The translations under genes were made by a program, and so were the position numbers. Positions 46,501 through 55,380 of a stretch of DNA of 64,000 nt are shown piece after piece. The stretch spans positions 1 through 64,000 of IMG/VR virus record IMGVR_UViG_3300025093_000013; one strand, 5' to 3'. Every line of letters begins with the position of its first letter. Positions within the stretch are counted from its first letter, which is position 1. The stretch is from a virus. Under the pieces are notes generated by a model. That model worked only from the letters and a program-made list of their open reading frames with translations, had not been told where the DNA came from and ran no database searches.

Positions 46501-46743
46501 TCACTGCGTCGAGAGGTGGGCTTCCAAGTGACCCAGACGCTTGCCATTGGGCTTGGTAGGCATCAGCCTACGGACAGCCTTATAGGCATCGAGGGCTTGA
46601 TTCCACTCGTCCCACTCGACGGCAGGGTTAGTGTAGGCCGCACGGAAGTTGCGACCCAGTTCCTCGGACATGGCCTGAAGCCTAGCCTCAGTGTAGGTGT
46701 ATTGATCTTCCATAGAGAACAGAGCTTTGAACTTGCGCCACAT
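46501..46743 (-). CDS. Hypothetical protein
   Basis: MWRKFKALF... immediately after the upstream stop. Confidence 0.55.
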   Translation of the reverse strand: MWRKFKALFSMEDQYTYTEARLQAMSEELGRNFRAAYTNPAVEWDEWNQALDAYKAVRRLMPTKPNGKRLGHLEAHLSTQ

Positions 46744-46744
46744 A

Positions 46745-46903
46745 TCAGAAGGAGTAGCCTCCGTCATCAGCAGGACCGTAGGCGCTCTCCCACCAGTCAG
46801 CGTCAGAGGCTTCGTAGTAATACTCGTCACACTCGATCTGCTCCTCCCACGAAGGGTCGAAGTTGTCGGGGAGGTCGGAGGTGTAGTCAGGGGTGCTTTC
46901 CAT
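46745..46903 (-). CDS. Small highly acidic protein (52 aa), first gene of the early array
   Basis: MESTPDYTSDLPDNFDPSWEEQIECDEYYYEASDADWWESAYGPADDGGYSF; TTGACG-N17-TACTAT-N6-ATG. Confidence 0.6.
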   Translation of the reverse strand: MESTPDYTSDLPDNFDPSWEEQIECDEYYYEASDADWWESAYGPADDGGYSF

Positions 46904-47024
46904 GCCCCTATAGTAGCCTGCACCCCTTCCCCCGTCAACCTAAAACCGTGCGGAAAAAGGCGCGTTTACGGGTCCCATACACGGGCTCCGCCCGCATATA
47001 TGGAACATCATGTCTTACATATCA

Positions 47025-47079
47025 AGGGACTCCTAAAAACTTAGGGACTCCTACAATTATAAAAAAACAGGGACTCCTA
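47025..47079. repeat. Three direct copies of AGGGACTCCTA
   Basis: Copies at 47025, 47043 and 47069, at the early/late divergence point. Confidence 0.85.
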
Positions 47080-47103
47080 AATAATTCGGAGCTATATAAG
47101 AGT

Positions 47104-47514
47104 ATGAATCAAATACACGAAGAGCAAATGATTAAAGCTGCGCTTGGTGCATTAGCTAGAAAGCCTGTTATAACCCGACAGCAAGAGAGTATTCTCGCCT
47201 CTATAGCCACAGGAGCAGCGACAGATGTAGCCAAAGCGGCAGGGTCATTCCTTGCTAATAAGGTTATTAAAAAACTAGCAAAGAGGAAGGGTAAGAAAAA
47301 ACAGGAAGTCCAAGAGCATCGACTCTACGAAGCAGGAATGATGAGGGCTGCGCTTGGTGCTTTAAAGAATGTTGCTAGAGACAAGTTCCAAAAGAGCTTT
47401 GAGAAGAAAGCCCCTAAGGGAGGACAGCCTTCAAAAAGTAATATTAAGGCTGGTGTTCAAAGTATTAAAAAACTAGGATCAAGTTTAAGTGGTCCAACGG
47501 ATCGTGTGATGTGA
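47104..47514 (+). CDS. Basic protein, putative internal head protein
   Basis: Lys-rich with duplicated (E)..M(I/M)(K/R)AALGAL; CTATATA motif upstream. Confidence 0.55.
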   Translation: MNQIHEEQMIKAALGALARKPVITRQQESILASIATGAATDVAKAAGSFLANKVIKKLAKRKGKKKQEVQEHRLYEAGMMRAALGALKNVARDKFQKSFEKKAPKGGQPSKSNIKAGVQSIKKLGSSLSGPTDRVM

Positions 47515-47583
47515 TATGAGAAACATTCCAAAGCAATACGGCTGAGGCAAGAAGAAAGGAGGGGGCGGTCGCCCTACAAGATA

Positions 47584-48351
47584 ATGTACGATAGGATCCT
47601 AGAACTAATAGCTGAGAGTAGTGCTAAGAGGAGGGCTGAGACTAGGGCTGCACTTGGTAGACAAGCTGGGACGCAGACAGCTAATCCTAGTAGAGCGTCT
47701 GCTCTTGGAGCTTTAAACAAGCAGGCTGCTAAGAAAGCCAAGGGTCAAACATCAGTTATGGATCGTCGTAGGCAAGCTATGGATCGTCGTATCTCAGCCA
47801 AGGCCCAACCTAAGCAAGCAACATCACCTGAGACCATAAAGTCTTCTGTAAAAAGGCCAAAGCCAACAAAGGGTCCAGCTAAAACTTCTAAAACTGCTTT
47901 GTCAAAGGCTGCTAAAAAGGCGATTAAGGCTAAGGGTAAGGAAGCTACTGTACAACGAGGAGTAACCTTTAATGTTCTTAAACAGTCTCGTACTAAACAA
48001 GATGCGAGGAAGGCTGAACTACAAAAGAGATTCTCTCAAGAAAAAGAGACAGGTTCTACAACAAGAACATCCTCATCAAAACAGGATCAGAAATACAAAG
48101 AAAGACCTAGCCAAAAATTCTACGATAGGCTTGGTAAAGTTATCCCTGGAGTCGCCAAGTTAAGCGCGGCTATTAAAGGGGAGAGGGAGCGTAGACTAAA
48201 GAAGGGAAGAGAAGGCAAGGATCCTAGAACGGCTTATGAGCGCGGTCTTGCTGGTAGAGGAGAAACCGTTGTGGGTAGAACCTCGCGTGCTCTTAGAGCT
48301 TTAAGAAACCCTGAGAAGGCGTTAGAGAGACCTTCGGGTAGTGTGTATTGA
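47584..48351 (+). CDS. Highly basic protein, putative internal head/DNA-binding protein
   Basis: N-terminal MYDRILELIAE; K/R/A-rich. Confidence 0.6.
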   Translation: MYDRILELIAESSAKRRAETRAALGRQAGTQTANPSRASALGALNKQAAKKAKGQTSVMDRRRQAMDRRISAKAQPKQATSPETIKSSVKRPKPTKGPAKTSKTALSKAAKKAIKAKGKEATVQRGVTFNVLKQSRTKQDARKAELQKRFSQEKETGSTTRTSSSKQDQKYKERPSQKFYDRLGKVIPGVAKLSAAIKGERERRLKKGREGKDPRTAYERGLAGRGETVVGRTSRALRALRNPEKALERPSGSVY

Positions 48352-48444
48352 AGTATAGAAACAAAGACTCTAACTATTGGCGTAAGGCAGCCTTAGAGAA
48401 GGTTAGAGTTTACTGGGAGAACTTGAAGCAGAGTAAGAAGAAGG

Positions 48445-48840
48445 CTACCACTTTGCCAAGGGGCAAGAAGCGCCCGAGATCTTAGTCTTGGTTTTCATGA
48501 AGCATCCGCATAGGTTGCATTGCTTCTCATTTAAAAGTTCGGGGCAAGCCTTACAAATAGCGAACCTTGCTTCTGCTGTTTGTTCTTCTTCTAGCTTGAA
48601 GCCATTCCTAGCCCATGCCCACATAGTTCCGAAGAACATGTTAAGCTTTTGAGTAAAGGTAGTGCCAGTATCAGATGCATTCAAGAAGACTGCAAACACA
48701 GACCAGAACTGGTCGCTTTTCTTTCTGAGCTTGTACTTTAAAGTTGATTGCTCAAGGGCAATGTACTTATCTTTCATTGCCTGATATTTGTTCTGCCAAT
48801 GACCAATCTTGTTTTTTAGGTCGTTTAGATCCTCACTCAT
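48445..48840 (-). CDS. Cys-rich protein (CxxC..CxxCGC..CP..KW)
   Basis: ARFAICKACP..QCNLCGCFM..CPLAKW. Confidence 0.6.
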   Translation of the reverse strand: MSEDLNDLKNKIGHWQNKYQAMKDKYIALEQSTLKYKLRKKSDQFWSVFAVFLNASDTGTTFTQKLNMFFGTMWAWARNGFKLEEEQTAEARFAICKACPELLNEKQCNLCGCFMKTKTKISGASCPLAKW

Positions 48841-48853
48841 GATATATAATTAT

Positions 48854-48991
48854 ATGAAGAAGTTAGACGAGGTTTTCAAGACTCGAATGCAGAAGGCTGC
48901 ATTCAATGCTTACAGGGGTCTTAGAAAAAAGAATCCTATTGCCAAGCGCACAATGAGCAAGCTGAATCAACCTACGAAAATTGGTAGCTGA
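48854..48991 (+). CDS. Small basic protein
   Basis: MKKLDEVFKTRMQK..., with TATATA upstream. Confidence 0.4.
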   Translation: MKKLDEVFKTRMQKAAFNAYRGLRKKNPIAKRTMSKLNQPTKIGS

Positions 48992-49650
48992 TTTCTTTCT
49001 ATAAAAGCTTCTCTGTTCTTGTGCCAACTATCCCTGCCTACAAGCTCGCCGTGTGAGTTATGTAGAATGGAAATAGGTACGACTTTGTTTTTGAGTTTCT
49101 TCTTGTGTGCAGACACTGTATAGTGTATGTCATAGAAGTCCCAATCACCTTCAAAGTATTCAGGCTTCTCTAAGCCTACTTCTCGAAGGACTCTACCGCT
49201 TGCTGCAAGAAAGAGGCCATCCATGCATACTACTTGGTCTGGCTTTCCATAGTAGGTCGAATCTGCTGTGAGTATATCATCACCATGGAATACATGACCT
49301 CTATGCCTTCCTTGCTGCCATAGTTCGTGATTCCACCACACTGCATCTCTTGAGAGTGCTGTGGTTCCTGCGACTCCAACAAAGCCTGTCTCTACTTGCA
49401 GACAAGTTTGAACTATAATATTTTTGAAAACTTCTGGGTCTGTGAGTATCTCTATATCGTCATGACATAAGATAACAATATCATTGTCCTGGATATCAAA
49501 TTTTTTAAACGCATTTGAATAACCGCTGAAGATAGACTTCTGACCCACTAAGAACTTAGTGCTGATACCAGCCCTAGATAAGTAAGAAGATAATTTTTTT
49601 GTGGTATTACTAAAGTTCTTACTGCGTGTACAAATAAAAGCGTAAATCAT
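48967..49650 (-). CDS. Glycosyltransferase-like (GT2-related) protein
   Basis: ILCHDDI, GVAG, VVCMDGLFLA, WDFYDI. Confidence 0.75.
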   Translation of the reverse strand: MIYAFICTRSKNFSNTTKKLSSYLSRAGISTKFLVGQKSIFSGYSNAFKKFDIQDNDIVILCHDDIEILTDPEVFKNIIVQTCLQVETGFVGVAGTTALSRDAVWWNHELWQQGRHRGHVFHGDDILTADSTYYGKPDQVVCMDGLFLAASGRVLREVGLEKPEYFEGDWDFYDIHYTVSAHKKKLKNKVVPISILHNSHGELVGRDSWHKNREAFIERNQLPIFVG

Positions 49651-51199
49651 GAGACTACAAACAAAAGAAGATTACAAGAAAGAGTATGCTAAATGCAAAG
49701 AGGACCCTGTATACTTTATAAGTAATTATATCAAGGTGGTCCACCCAGTTCGAGGACTAGTTCCATTTAATTTGTATCCCTTCCAGAAAACCATCATCCA
49801 CGCGATAGAAGGAAACAGGTTCAACATACTTAGGAAGTTTAGACAGGCTGGTTGTACAACGATTGCTGCTGCTTACTCCTTATGGCTTTGTTGCTTCAAG
49901 TCTCACCAGACCATTGTTATCTTGTCTGTAGGTGACACGGAATCTACTGAAGTTCTGGACCGTATCAAAATTATGTATGACGAACTCCCAGGGTGGATCA
50001 AGCCTAAGTCTACAACAATCAACGCACACAACCTTAAGCTAGAGAACAACTCTCATATCAAGTCTCGTCCATCAGGTAAGCAATCAGGTCGTGGTCTTTC
50101 TGGTTCACTACTTATTATTGATGAGGCTGCCTTCATTGAACACATTGATACAATTTGGGCTGCTGTTTATCCCATTATTTCTACTGGAGGTCGTGCTTTC
50201 GTCCTGTCTACTGTTAATGGTATTGGTAACTGGTATTACGACACTTGGACAAGGGCTGTCGAGGGCGCTAATGCATTTAACCCAATTCAGATAGGATGGC
50301 AGGACCACCCCGAGTACGCGCGTGTAGAGGGCTTTGAGTGGCTCTACAAGGAGATGGAGGAGAGAGACCCTCCTGCCATTATCGAAGAGTGGGAGCCCAC
50401 TACAAGGGCTAACATCAGCCATAAGAAGTGGCTACAAGAATACGAGTGTGAGTTCCTTGGAACTGGTGATACATTTATCGAAGGTCAGATACTGCAAGCA
50501 CTGACGGAGAATGTGAATGATAACTTCTATCGTAAGTACAATAACCGAATGTATGTGTGGAAAGATCCAGACCCTAACTCGACATATTTCATGGCGGTCG
50601 ATGTTGCATTGGGCAGGGGTCGTGATTATTCTGCTTTTCAAATTATTGATCTTTATTCAGGTGAGCAAGTGGCTGAGTTCTACTCAAACACCACCCCTAT
50701 AAATGAGTTTGCCAAGATATGTTTCGATGAGGGCAACTATTATAATTTATGTCCCGTTCTGGTAGAGCGTAATACGATCGGTAACAACTTACTAGACTAT
50801 CTCTTCGACCAGTTGGAGTACGAGAATGTCTGGTTTGACGAAAAACGAAACATGGGACTCCAAATAACAGCCAAGAACAGAGATACGATCCTGGTGGAAA
50901 TGGAAGAAGCTATTCGCATGAGTGAAGTTAAAATTAACTCCAAGAGAACCGTCCTAGAGCTTAATACCTTCATTATCAGCGATAATGGCAAGGTCAAGGC
51001 AGATACTGGACAAAATGATGATCTTGTTATGAGTTTAGCACTATCTATATACGGAGGCCGAAGATACCGAGAGGACAACCCTGAGATCATTAAATTTAAT
51101 CCTTCCAAAGAGAAGAGACCTCCAATGCCATTAAAATCTCAGAAGATCATGACCTCTAGAGGTAGCATAGAAGAAGACATAACATGGGTAATCAAATAA
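49649..51199 (+). CDS. Terminase large subunit (T4 gp17-like)
   Basis: FNLYPFQ, KFRQAGCTT, LIIDEAAF, STVNG, QEYECEF, VDVALGRGRDYS, NDDLVMSLA. Confidence 0.95.
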   Translation: MRLQTKEDYKKEYAKCKEDPVYFISNYIKVVHPVRGLVPFNLYPFQKTIIHAIEGNRFNILRKFRQAGCTTIAAAYSLWLCCFKSHQTIVILSVGDTESTEVLDRIKIMYDELPGWIKPKSTTINAHNLKLENNSHIKSRPSGKQSGRGLSGSLLIIDEAAFIEHIDTIWAAVYPIISTGGRAFVLSTVNGIGNWYYDTWTRAVEGANAFNPIQIGWQDHPEYARVEGFEWLYKEMEERDPPAIIEEWEPTTRANISHKKWLQEYECEFLGTGDTFIEGQILQALTENVNDNFYRKYNNRMYVWKDPDPNSTYFMAVDVALGRGRDYSAFQIIDLYSGEQVAEFYSNTTPINEFAKICFDEGNYYNLCPVLVERNTIGNNLLDYLFDQLEYENVWFDEKRNMGLQITAKNRDTILVEMEEAIRMSEVKINSKRTVLELNTFIISDNGKVKADTGQNDDLVMSLALSIYGGRRYREDNPEIIKFNPSKEKRPPMPLKSQKIMTSRGSIEEDITWVIK

Positions 51200-52947
51200 A
51201 CGAAAACGCTGGTCCTGGGCTAACAACATGGACACCAGTTGGTGACGGTAGTGTGCAAAGCATGTACACCACTGGTTACATGTCCAAGATCTTTGCAAAG
51301 TTCTTTGCTACTGAGGCGCAGAGAAAGCTTGCCATAGGAGGCGACCCTCGTAACATTGAGGGTGATCTTATTGTAAACCCAAAGGGTCTTGATAATATCC
51401 TTAGCCCTCTTTGGTCCTACACCCGTGGTCTTCCATTCTTACCTGAGTCTGAACTTAACAGGAAGCGTAGATATGACGAATACGAGAAGATGGATGATTA
51501 TCCTGAGATTACCGCTGCTCTTGATATCTATGCTGATGATTCTACTCAGAAAGATCTAAGGAACAAGAGATGGAAAGTAGTATCTGATAGCATCGATGCC
51601 ATCGAAGAGGTTGAGAGACTGTTCGATAGAATCAAGCTAGAGCGTGTATACTACGATATTGTAAGGGGCACTTGCAAGTATGGTGACACTTTCATTGAAA
51701 CTGTAGCTAATGCTAACGATATGACTGCTGGCATCATGAAAGTTAAGGTGCTGAACCCTTACTACATCATGAGAATAGAAGATAAGTTCGGATATCTCAA
51801 GACATTTATTCAAGAAATACCTCATGGCTCACAGGACACAGGAAGTTATGCCCAGAGTAACTCCTCTTACATCGAGCTAGACAAGAATCAGATCGTCCAT
51901 TTCCGTCTGAACACCTCTGATCCCAAATATTACCCTTACGGTAAGTCTATTCTTGCTGGTGCAATCCGTGTTTATCGCTCTCTCAAGCTCATGGAAGACG
52001 CAATGCTTGTCTATCGTCTCTCTAGAGCGCCTGAAAGACGCATTTTCTATGTCGATGTAGGCAACCTACCTGCCTCAAAGGCTGAGGGTTTCCTTGAAAC
52101 CATGAAAACACGCTTCAAGAAGGAGAAGTTCCACAACAATAATAAGGTTGATGGTCGCTTCAACCCTCTTGCAGTCGATGAAGACTTCTTCGTACCCGTC
52201 AGAGGCAACCAAGGAACTAAGATTGACACCTTACCAGGGGCACAAAACCTTGGTGAAGTCGATGATGTCAAGTATTTCCGTGATAAATTGCTTGCAACAC
52301 TTAAGGTTCCCAAGGATTACATCGTTGAGTACGACAAATCACCTGAAAGAAAGGCAAATCTTAGCCAACTTGATGTAAAGTTTGCTCGCGTTATCCAAAG
52401 AGTACAGGATTCCGTGTGTGTTGGCCTTGCTGACATCGCAAAAAGGCACCTAACTATGCTTGACTACCCTGCAAGTGTCGTTAGACGCCTAAAAATCACC
52501 CTTCCTGAGCCTTCTGATGTCTTTATCAAGCGTAAACTAGAGATTGATGAGGCAAAAGCCCGTGTTGTACAGGCTGTAGTCGGTACAGGACTCTTCCCAA
52601 CCAGCCGTATCTACAAAGAATACTATGATATGACTGATACTGAGATTGAAATGGTCAAGAAAGACCTTGAAGACGAGCAACAGAAGCAAAATCAGCAAGA
52701 ACTTGAGCAACAAGCGGGTCAAGCCCAAACTCAAGCGGCTGCTGACATGGCAGTTGCCGATAATCAAGCTCAAAATGACTTAGCAATGCAACAAGCACAG
52801 CAACAAGCGCAACCAGCGCCCCAAAAAGAAGAAATTGACAGCCTGACTCTTCTAAAACGGCAATATTTGATGACTGAGGGCATTGACTCTGCAAAATACC
52901 GTGCAATCGACCGAGTTCTGAAAAATAAAAATAAAATCGACGGCTGA
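51184..52947 (+). CDS. Portal protein (T4 gp20-like)
   Basis: PEITAALDIYAD, LMEDAMLVYRLSRAPERRIFYVDVGNLP, EDFFVP, TLPGAQNL, L.VP. Confidence 0.95.
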   Translation: MGNQINENAGPGLTTWTPVGDGSVQSMYTTGYMSKIFAKFFATEAQRKLAIGGDPRNIEGDLIVNPKGLDNILSPLWSYTRGLPFLPESELNRKRRYDEYEKMDDYPEITAALDIYADDSTQKDLRNKRWKVVSDSIDAIEEVERLFDRIKLERVYYDIVRGTCKYGDTFIETVANANDMTAGIMKVKVLNPYYIMRIEDKFGYLKTFIQEIPHGSQDTGSYAQSNSSYIELDKNQIVHFRLNTSDPKYYPYGKSILAGAIRVYRSLKLMEDAMLVYRLSRAPERRIFYVDVGNLPASKAEGFLETMKTRFKKEKFHNNNKVDGRFNPLAVDEDFFVPVRGNQGTKIDTLPGAQNLGEVDDVKYFRDKLLATLKVPKDYIVEYDKSPERKANLSQLDVKFARVIQRVQDSVCVGLADIAKRHLTMLDYPASVVRRLKITLPEPSDVFIKRKLEIDEAKARVVQAVVGTGLFPTSRIYKEYYDMTDTEIEMVKKDLEDEQQKQNQQELEQQAGQAQTQAAADMAVADNQAQNDLAMQQAQQQAQPAPQKEEIDSLTLLKRQYLMTEGIDSAKYRAIDRVLKNKNKIDG

Positions 52948-52996
52948 AAGGCATTAAAAAGCTATATATTTAGTAATCTGCATCTGCACCAATAAA

Positions 52997-54532
52997 ATGG
53001 AAAAAATATTCAACAAGCGAGATAGAAAAATCTCCAATCTTACTCTCATGGCCGATAGTCTCGGCTACGCTCTACGAGAGAATGTTTCTTTATTCTCCGT
53101 AGACGATAACAACGCCACTGCTACATTTATTACAGAGGCTGGGAACATCATCGAAGGTAATTATTACTTTGGTGAGGAAATGGTCCTTGACAATATTCAA
53201 GTTGAGTCAGGGGACATGTTCAAAGAAGAAGAGAAATTTGATTCTTTCACCAGGGATCAAATTTCTTCATTAGTGGAGAACATTTATAACGACGAGCTTG
53301 TTGGTGCTGGTGATATCTTCGATACGCTTATCGAGTCTTGGAACTCTAGAGTAAAGTTCAACAAGACTGTCGAGCGTCTTGAGGAGAAATCACAATCTTT
53401 CAACAACACCTTTAACATCGTTGAGACAAAGGAGTTTGAGAGATTCGTTGAGGTTTCCGAGAACATCTCCAAGTTCCTACAGGAGAACGCAGAAAAGATT
53501 ACAGCTATCCCTGAGATTGTTAACGCAATCCGCCTCTCCAATGTTCTATCCGAGGCTTTCGACATTCCCAGACTTACTCTAGAGCAGCTAGGTGAGCAAG
53601 GTGACTTCAGTGTCAAGCTTGGCGAGAACCGTGACATTTACGAGATGGTATGCAAGCAGGAGCTTGTCAAAAAGGAGATCCTTGAGTCCAAGAAGTCCTT
53701 CGATACCGTGTGGGTAACTGAGCCCTCCATCTCAAACCTTTCTGTCAAGATGTACGAGAGCGACGATGAGATTGAGAAGGCTCTTGTTGAGGCTTTCTCT
53801 AATGTGCCTTACCTTGCACTCATCTCAAAGAAGCAGCTATCAAACACAATCGCAAAGAACCTTAGCACACTTCATGAGCAGGTTGGCTACACAAAGTCTG
53901 ACCTAAAGGAGTATGTTGCCAAGCTCTTTGAGATGAAGAAGCCTCTCAAAGAGCTTGTTTCTAACCTACTTCAAGAGAAGTACGGTGTCAATGTAAACAA
54001 CCTCAAAGAGACTCCTACCTTCAAGACCCTTCTTAACACTCAGGTTCTTATCTTCGAGTCACTTGCAAAAGTAGCTCCAAGAAGCAGTGTTATCAAGGAG
54101 GCTTTCTCTGCCATGGCTGAGATGCTCAAGGGTAAGAACGGTGTTCAAGCCATCGATGTCAACCAGGGCATGAAGTACCTTTTCGAGAACTCAGGCTTTG
54201 CCGAAGTTTACGAGGTGCAACCAATTGTTTCTAACTTCTCTCTCAACGAGTCCGTCACCGAAGACGAAGAAGATCTTGAGATGATTCTTTCTGAGCTAGT
54301 CTCTGAAGAGGACGAGGAGAAGAAGAAAAAGAAGAAAGCTAAGTCTTCCAAGAAGAAAGATGACGAAGACGAAGAAGAGGATGATGAGGACGAGAAGAAG
54401 GAGATGTCTTCTGATGACGCAGCCGAGGCTGTTAGTGAAGAAGAGAACACGATGACAACTCAAGAACTCATGAAGGCTCTTTCTGATATTGAAGACCTAG
54501 TTTCAGGACCACAAGATTTGGAGGATGAGTGA
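52997..54532 (+). CDS. Acidic helical protein, putative prohead core/scaffold
   Basis: Follows the portal; Glu-rich with several LxE sites. Confidence 0.45.
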   Translation: MEKIFNKRDRKISNLTLMADSLGYALRENVSLFSVDDNNATATFITEAGNIIEGNYYFGEEMVLDNIQVESGDMFKEEEKFDSFTRDQISSLVENIYNDELVGAGDIFDTLIESWNSRVKFNKTVERLEEKSQSFNNTFNIVETKEFERFVEVSENISKFLQENAEKITAIPEIVNAIRLSNVLSEAFDIPRLTLEQLGEQGDFSVKLGENRDIYEMVCKQELVKKEILESKKSFDTVWVTEPSISNLSVKMYESDDEIEKALVEAFSNVPYLALISKKQLSNTIAKNLSTLHEQVGYTKSDLKEYVAKLFEMKKPLKELVSNLLQEKYGVNVNNLKETPTFKTLLNTQVLIFESLAKVAPRSSVIKEAFSAMAEMLKGKNGVQAIDVNQGMKYLFENSGFAEVYEVQPIVSNFSLNESVTEDEEDLEMILSELVSEEDEEKKKKKKAKSSKKKDDEDEEEDDEDEKKEMSSDDAAEAVSEEENTMTTQELMKALSDIEDLVSGPQDLEDE

Positions 54533-54957
54533 TGCGAGAAGGATTTAGACCATATACAAAACTAATTACACTAAACAGTACAACCAGAACAAGCGTTGCA
54601 TTTAGAGATACAGGAAACAACTCTATCAACTGTAATTACATTAAAGTCGAGCCTGTGAGTGGTACTCCCGATGATGGGCTTTTCTATGTAACTCCTACAG
54701 GCCCTTCAACTGAACTAGGTGCCTCTAACACGCTTGCAGCAACTGCATTGCCTGTAGACGCGACTGCTTCTGGTAACTGTGGTGGTGTAGCCTCTTGCTT
54801 GAATGGAACAGTCGTGCTATCTTTGATTAGCCCAGATTTCTCCAATTCATGTTTCATATCTCAAACAACAACTGACCCTGTAGTATATGGAATTACTTAT
54901 GGAGTTGTTCAGGAATCTAATAACTTAAAAGACTCTAGAGAATATAGGGGCAAATAG
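54529..54957 (+). CDS. Hypothetical virion protein
   Basis: Late operon, Ser/Thr-rich. Confidence 0.5.
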   Translation: MMREGFRPYTKLITLNSTTRTSVAFRDTGNNSINCNYIKVEPVSGTPDDGLFYVTPTGPSTELGASNTLAATALPVDATASGNCGGVASCLNGTVVLSLISPDFSNSCFISQTTTDPVVYGITYGVVQESNNLKDSREYRGK

Positions 54958-55367
54958 TGTTTAAGTCCTTTTCAACTCTAAAGACTGTTCTTGATGACGC
55001 TGATGTTTCAGCCAGGGCAAGAAGAGTATTTAGAGATGCTCAGATCGTTTTCTCTGACTCTACAGGCCCTGTGATAGCAGTTTTTGGTATTGGTGATTTA
55101 AAGGGTCGTAAAGGAAACGATTACAAGGCTGCTTTTTTCAGAATTAGTTCTACTAGGATAGCTCTTAGAATATTTAATTCTAGTGGCACGGGCATTGAAA
55201 CCCATGTTGGAAACTCGACGGGCTCTGGTGATGAAGTAGAACAAATGGTAGCTGCCGCCGCAAATAGCCCTTATGTTAAGATTAGGTTTGTAAAGAATAG
55301 CTCTGAAAGCTTTTCGCCTTCAATTAACTACGCTGATGCAACATCATTCAGAGGTGGCGCAGGTTGA
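54957..55367 (+). CDS. Hypothetical virion protein
   Basis: Late operon. Confidence 0.5.
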   Translation: MFKSFSTLKTVLDDADVSARARRVFRDAQIVFSDSTGPVIAVFGIGDLKGRKGNDYKAAFFRISSTRIALRIFNSSGTGIETHVGNSTGSGDEVEQMVAAAANSPYVKIRFVKNSSESFSPSINYADATSFRGGAG

Positions 55368-55380
55368 TATATAATATATC

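Noticed and set aside
46516-47103. 5' extension of ORF 46516-47514
   Set aside because: It overlaps minus-strand genes and the repeat region. The likely start is ATG 47104, after a CTATATA motif.
49649-51199. Inteins in the terminase, RNR, helicase or RecA
   Set aside because: Protein lengths are normal and no splicing motifs or LAGLIDADG blocks are seen.
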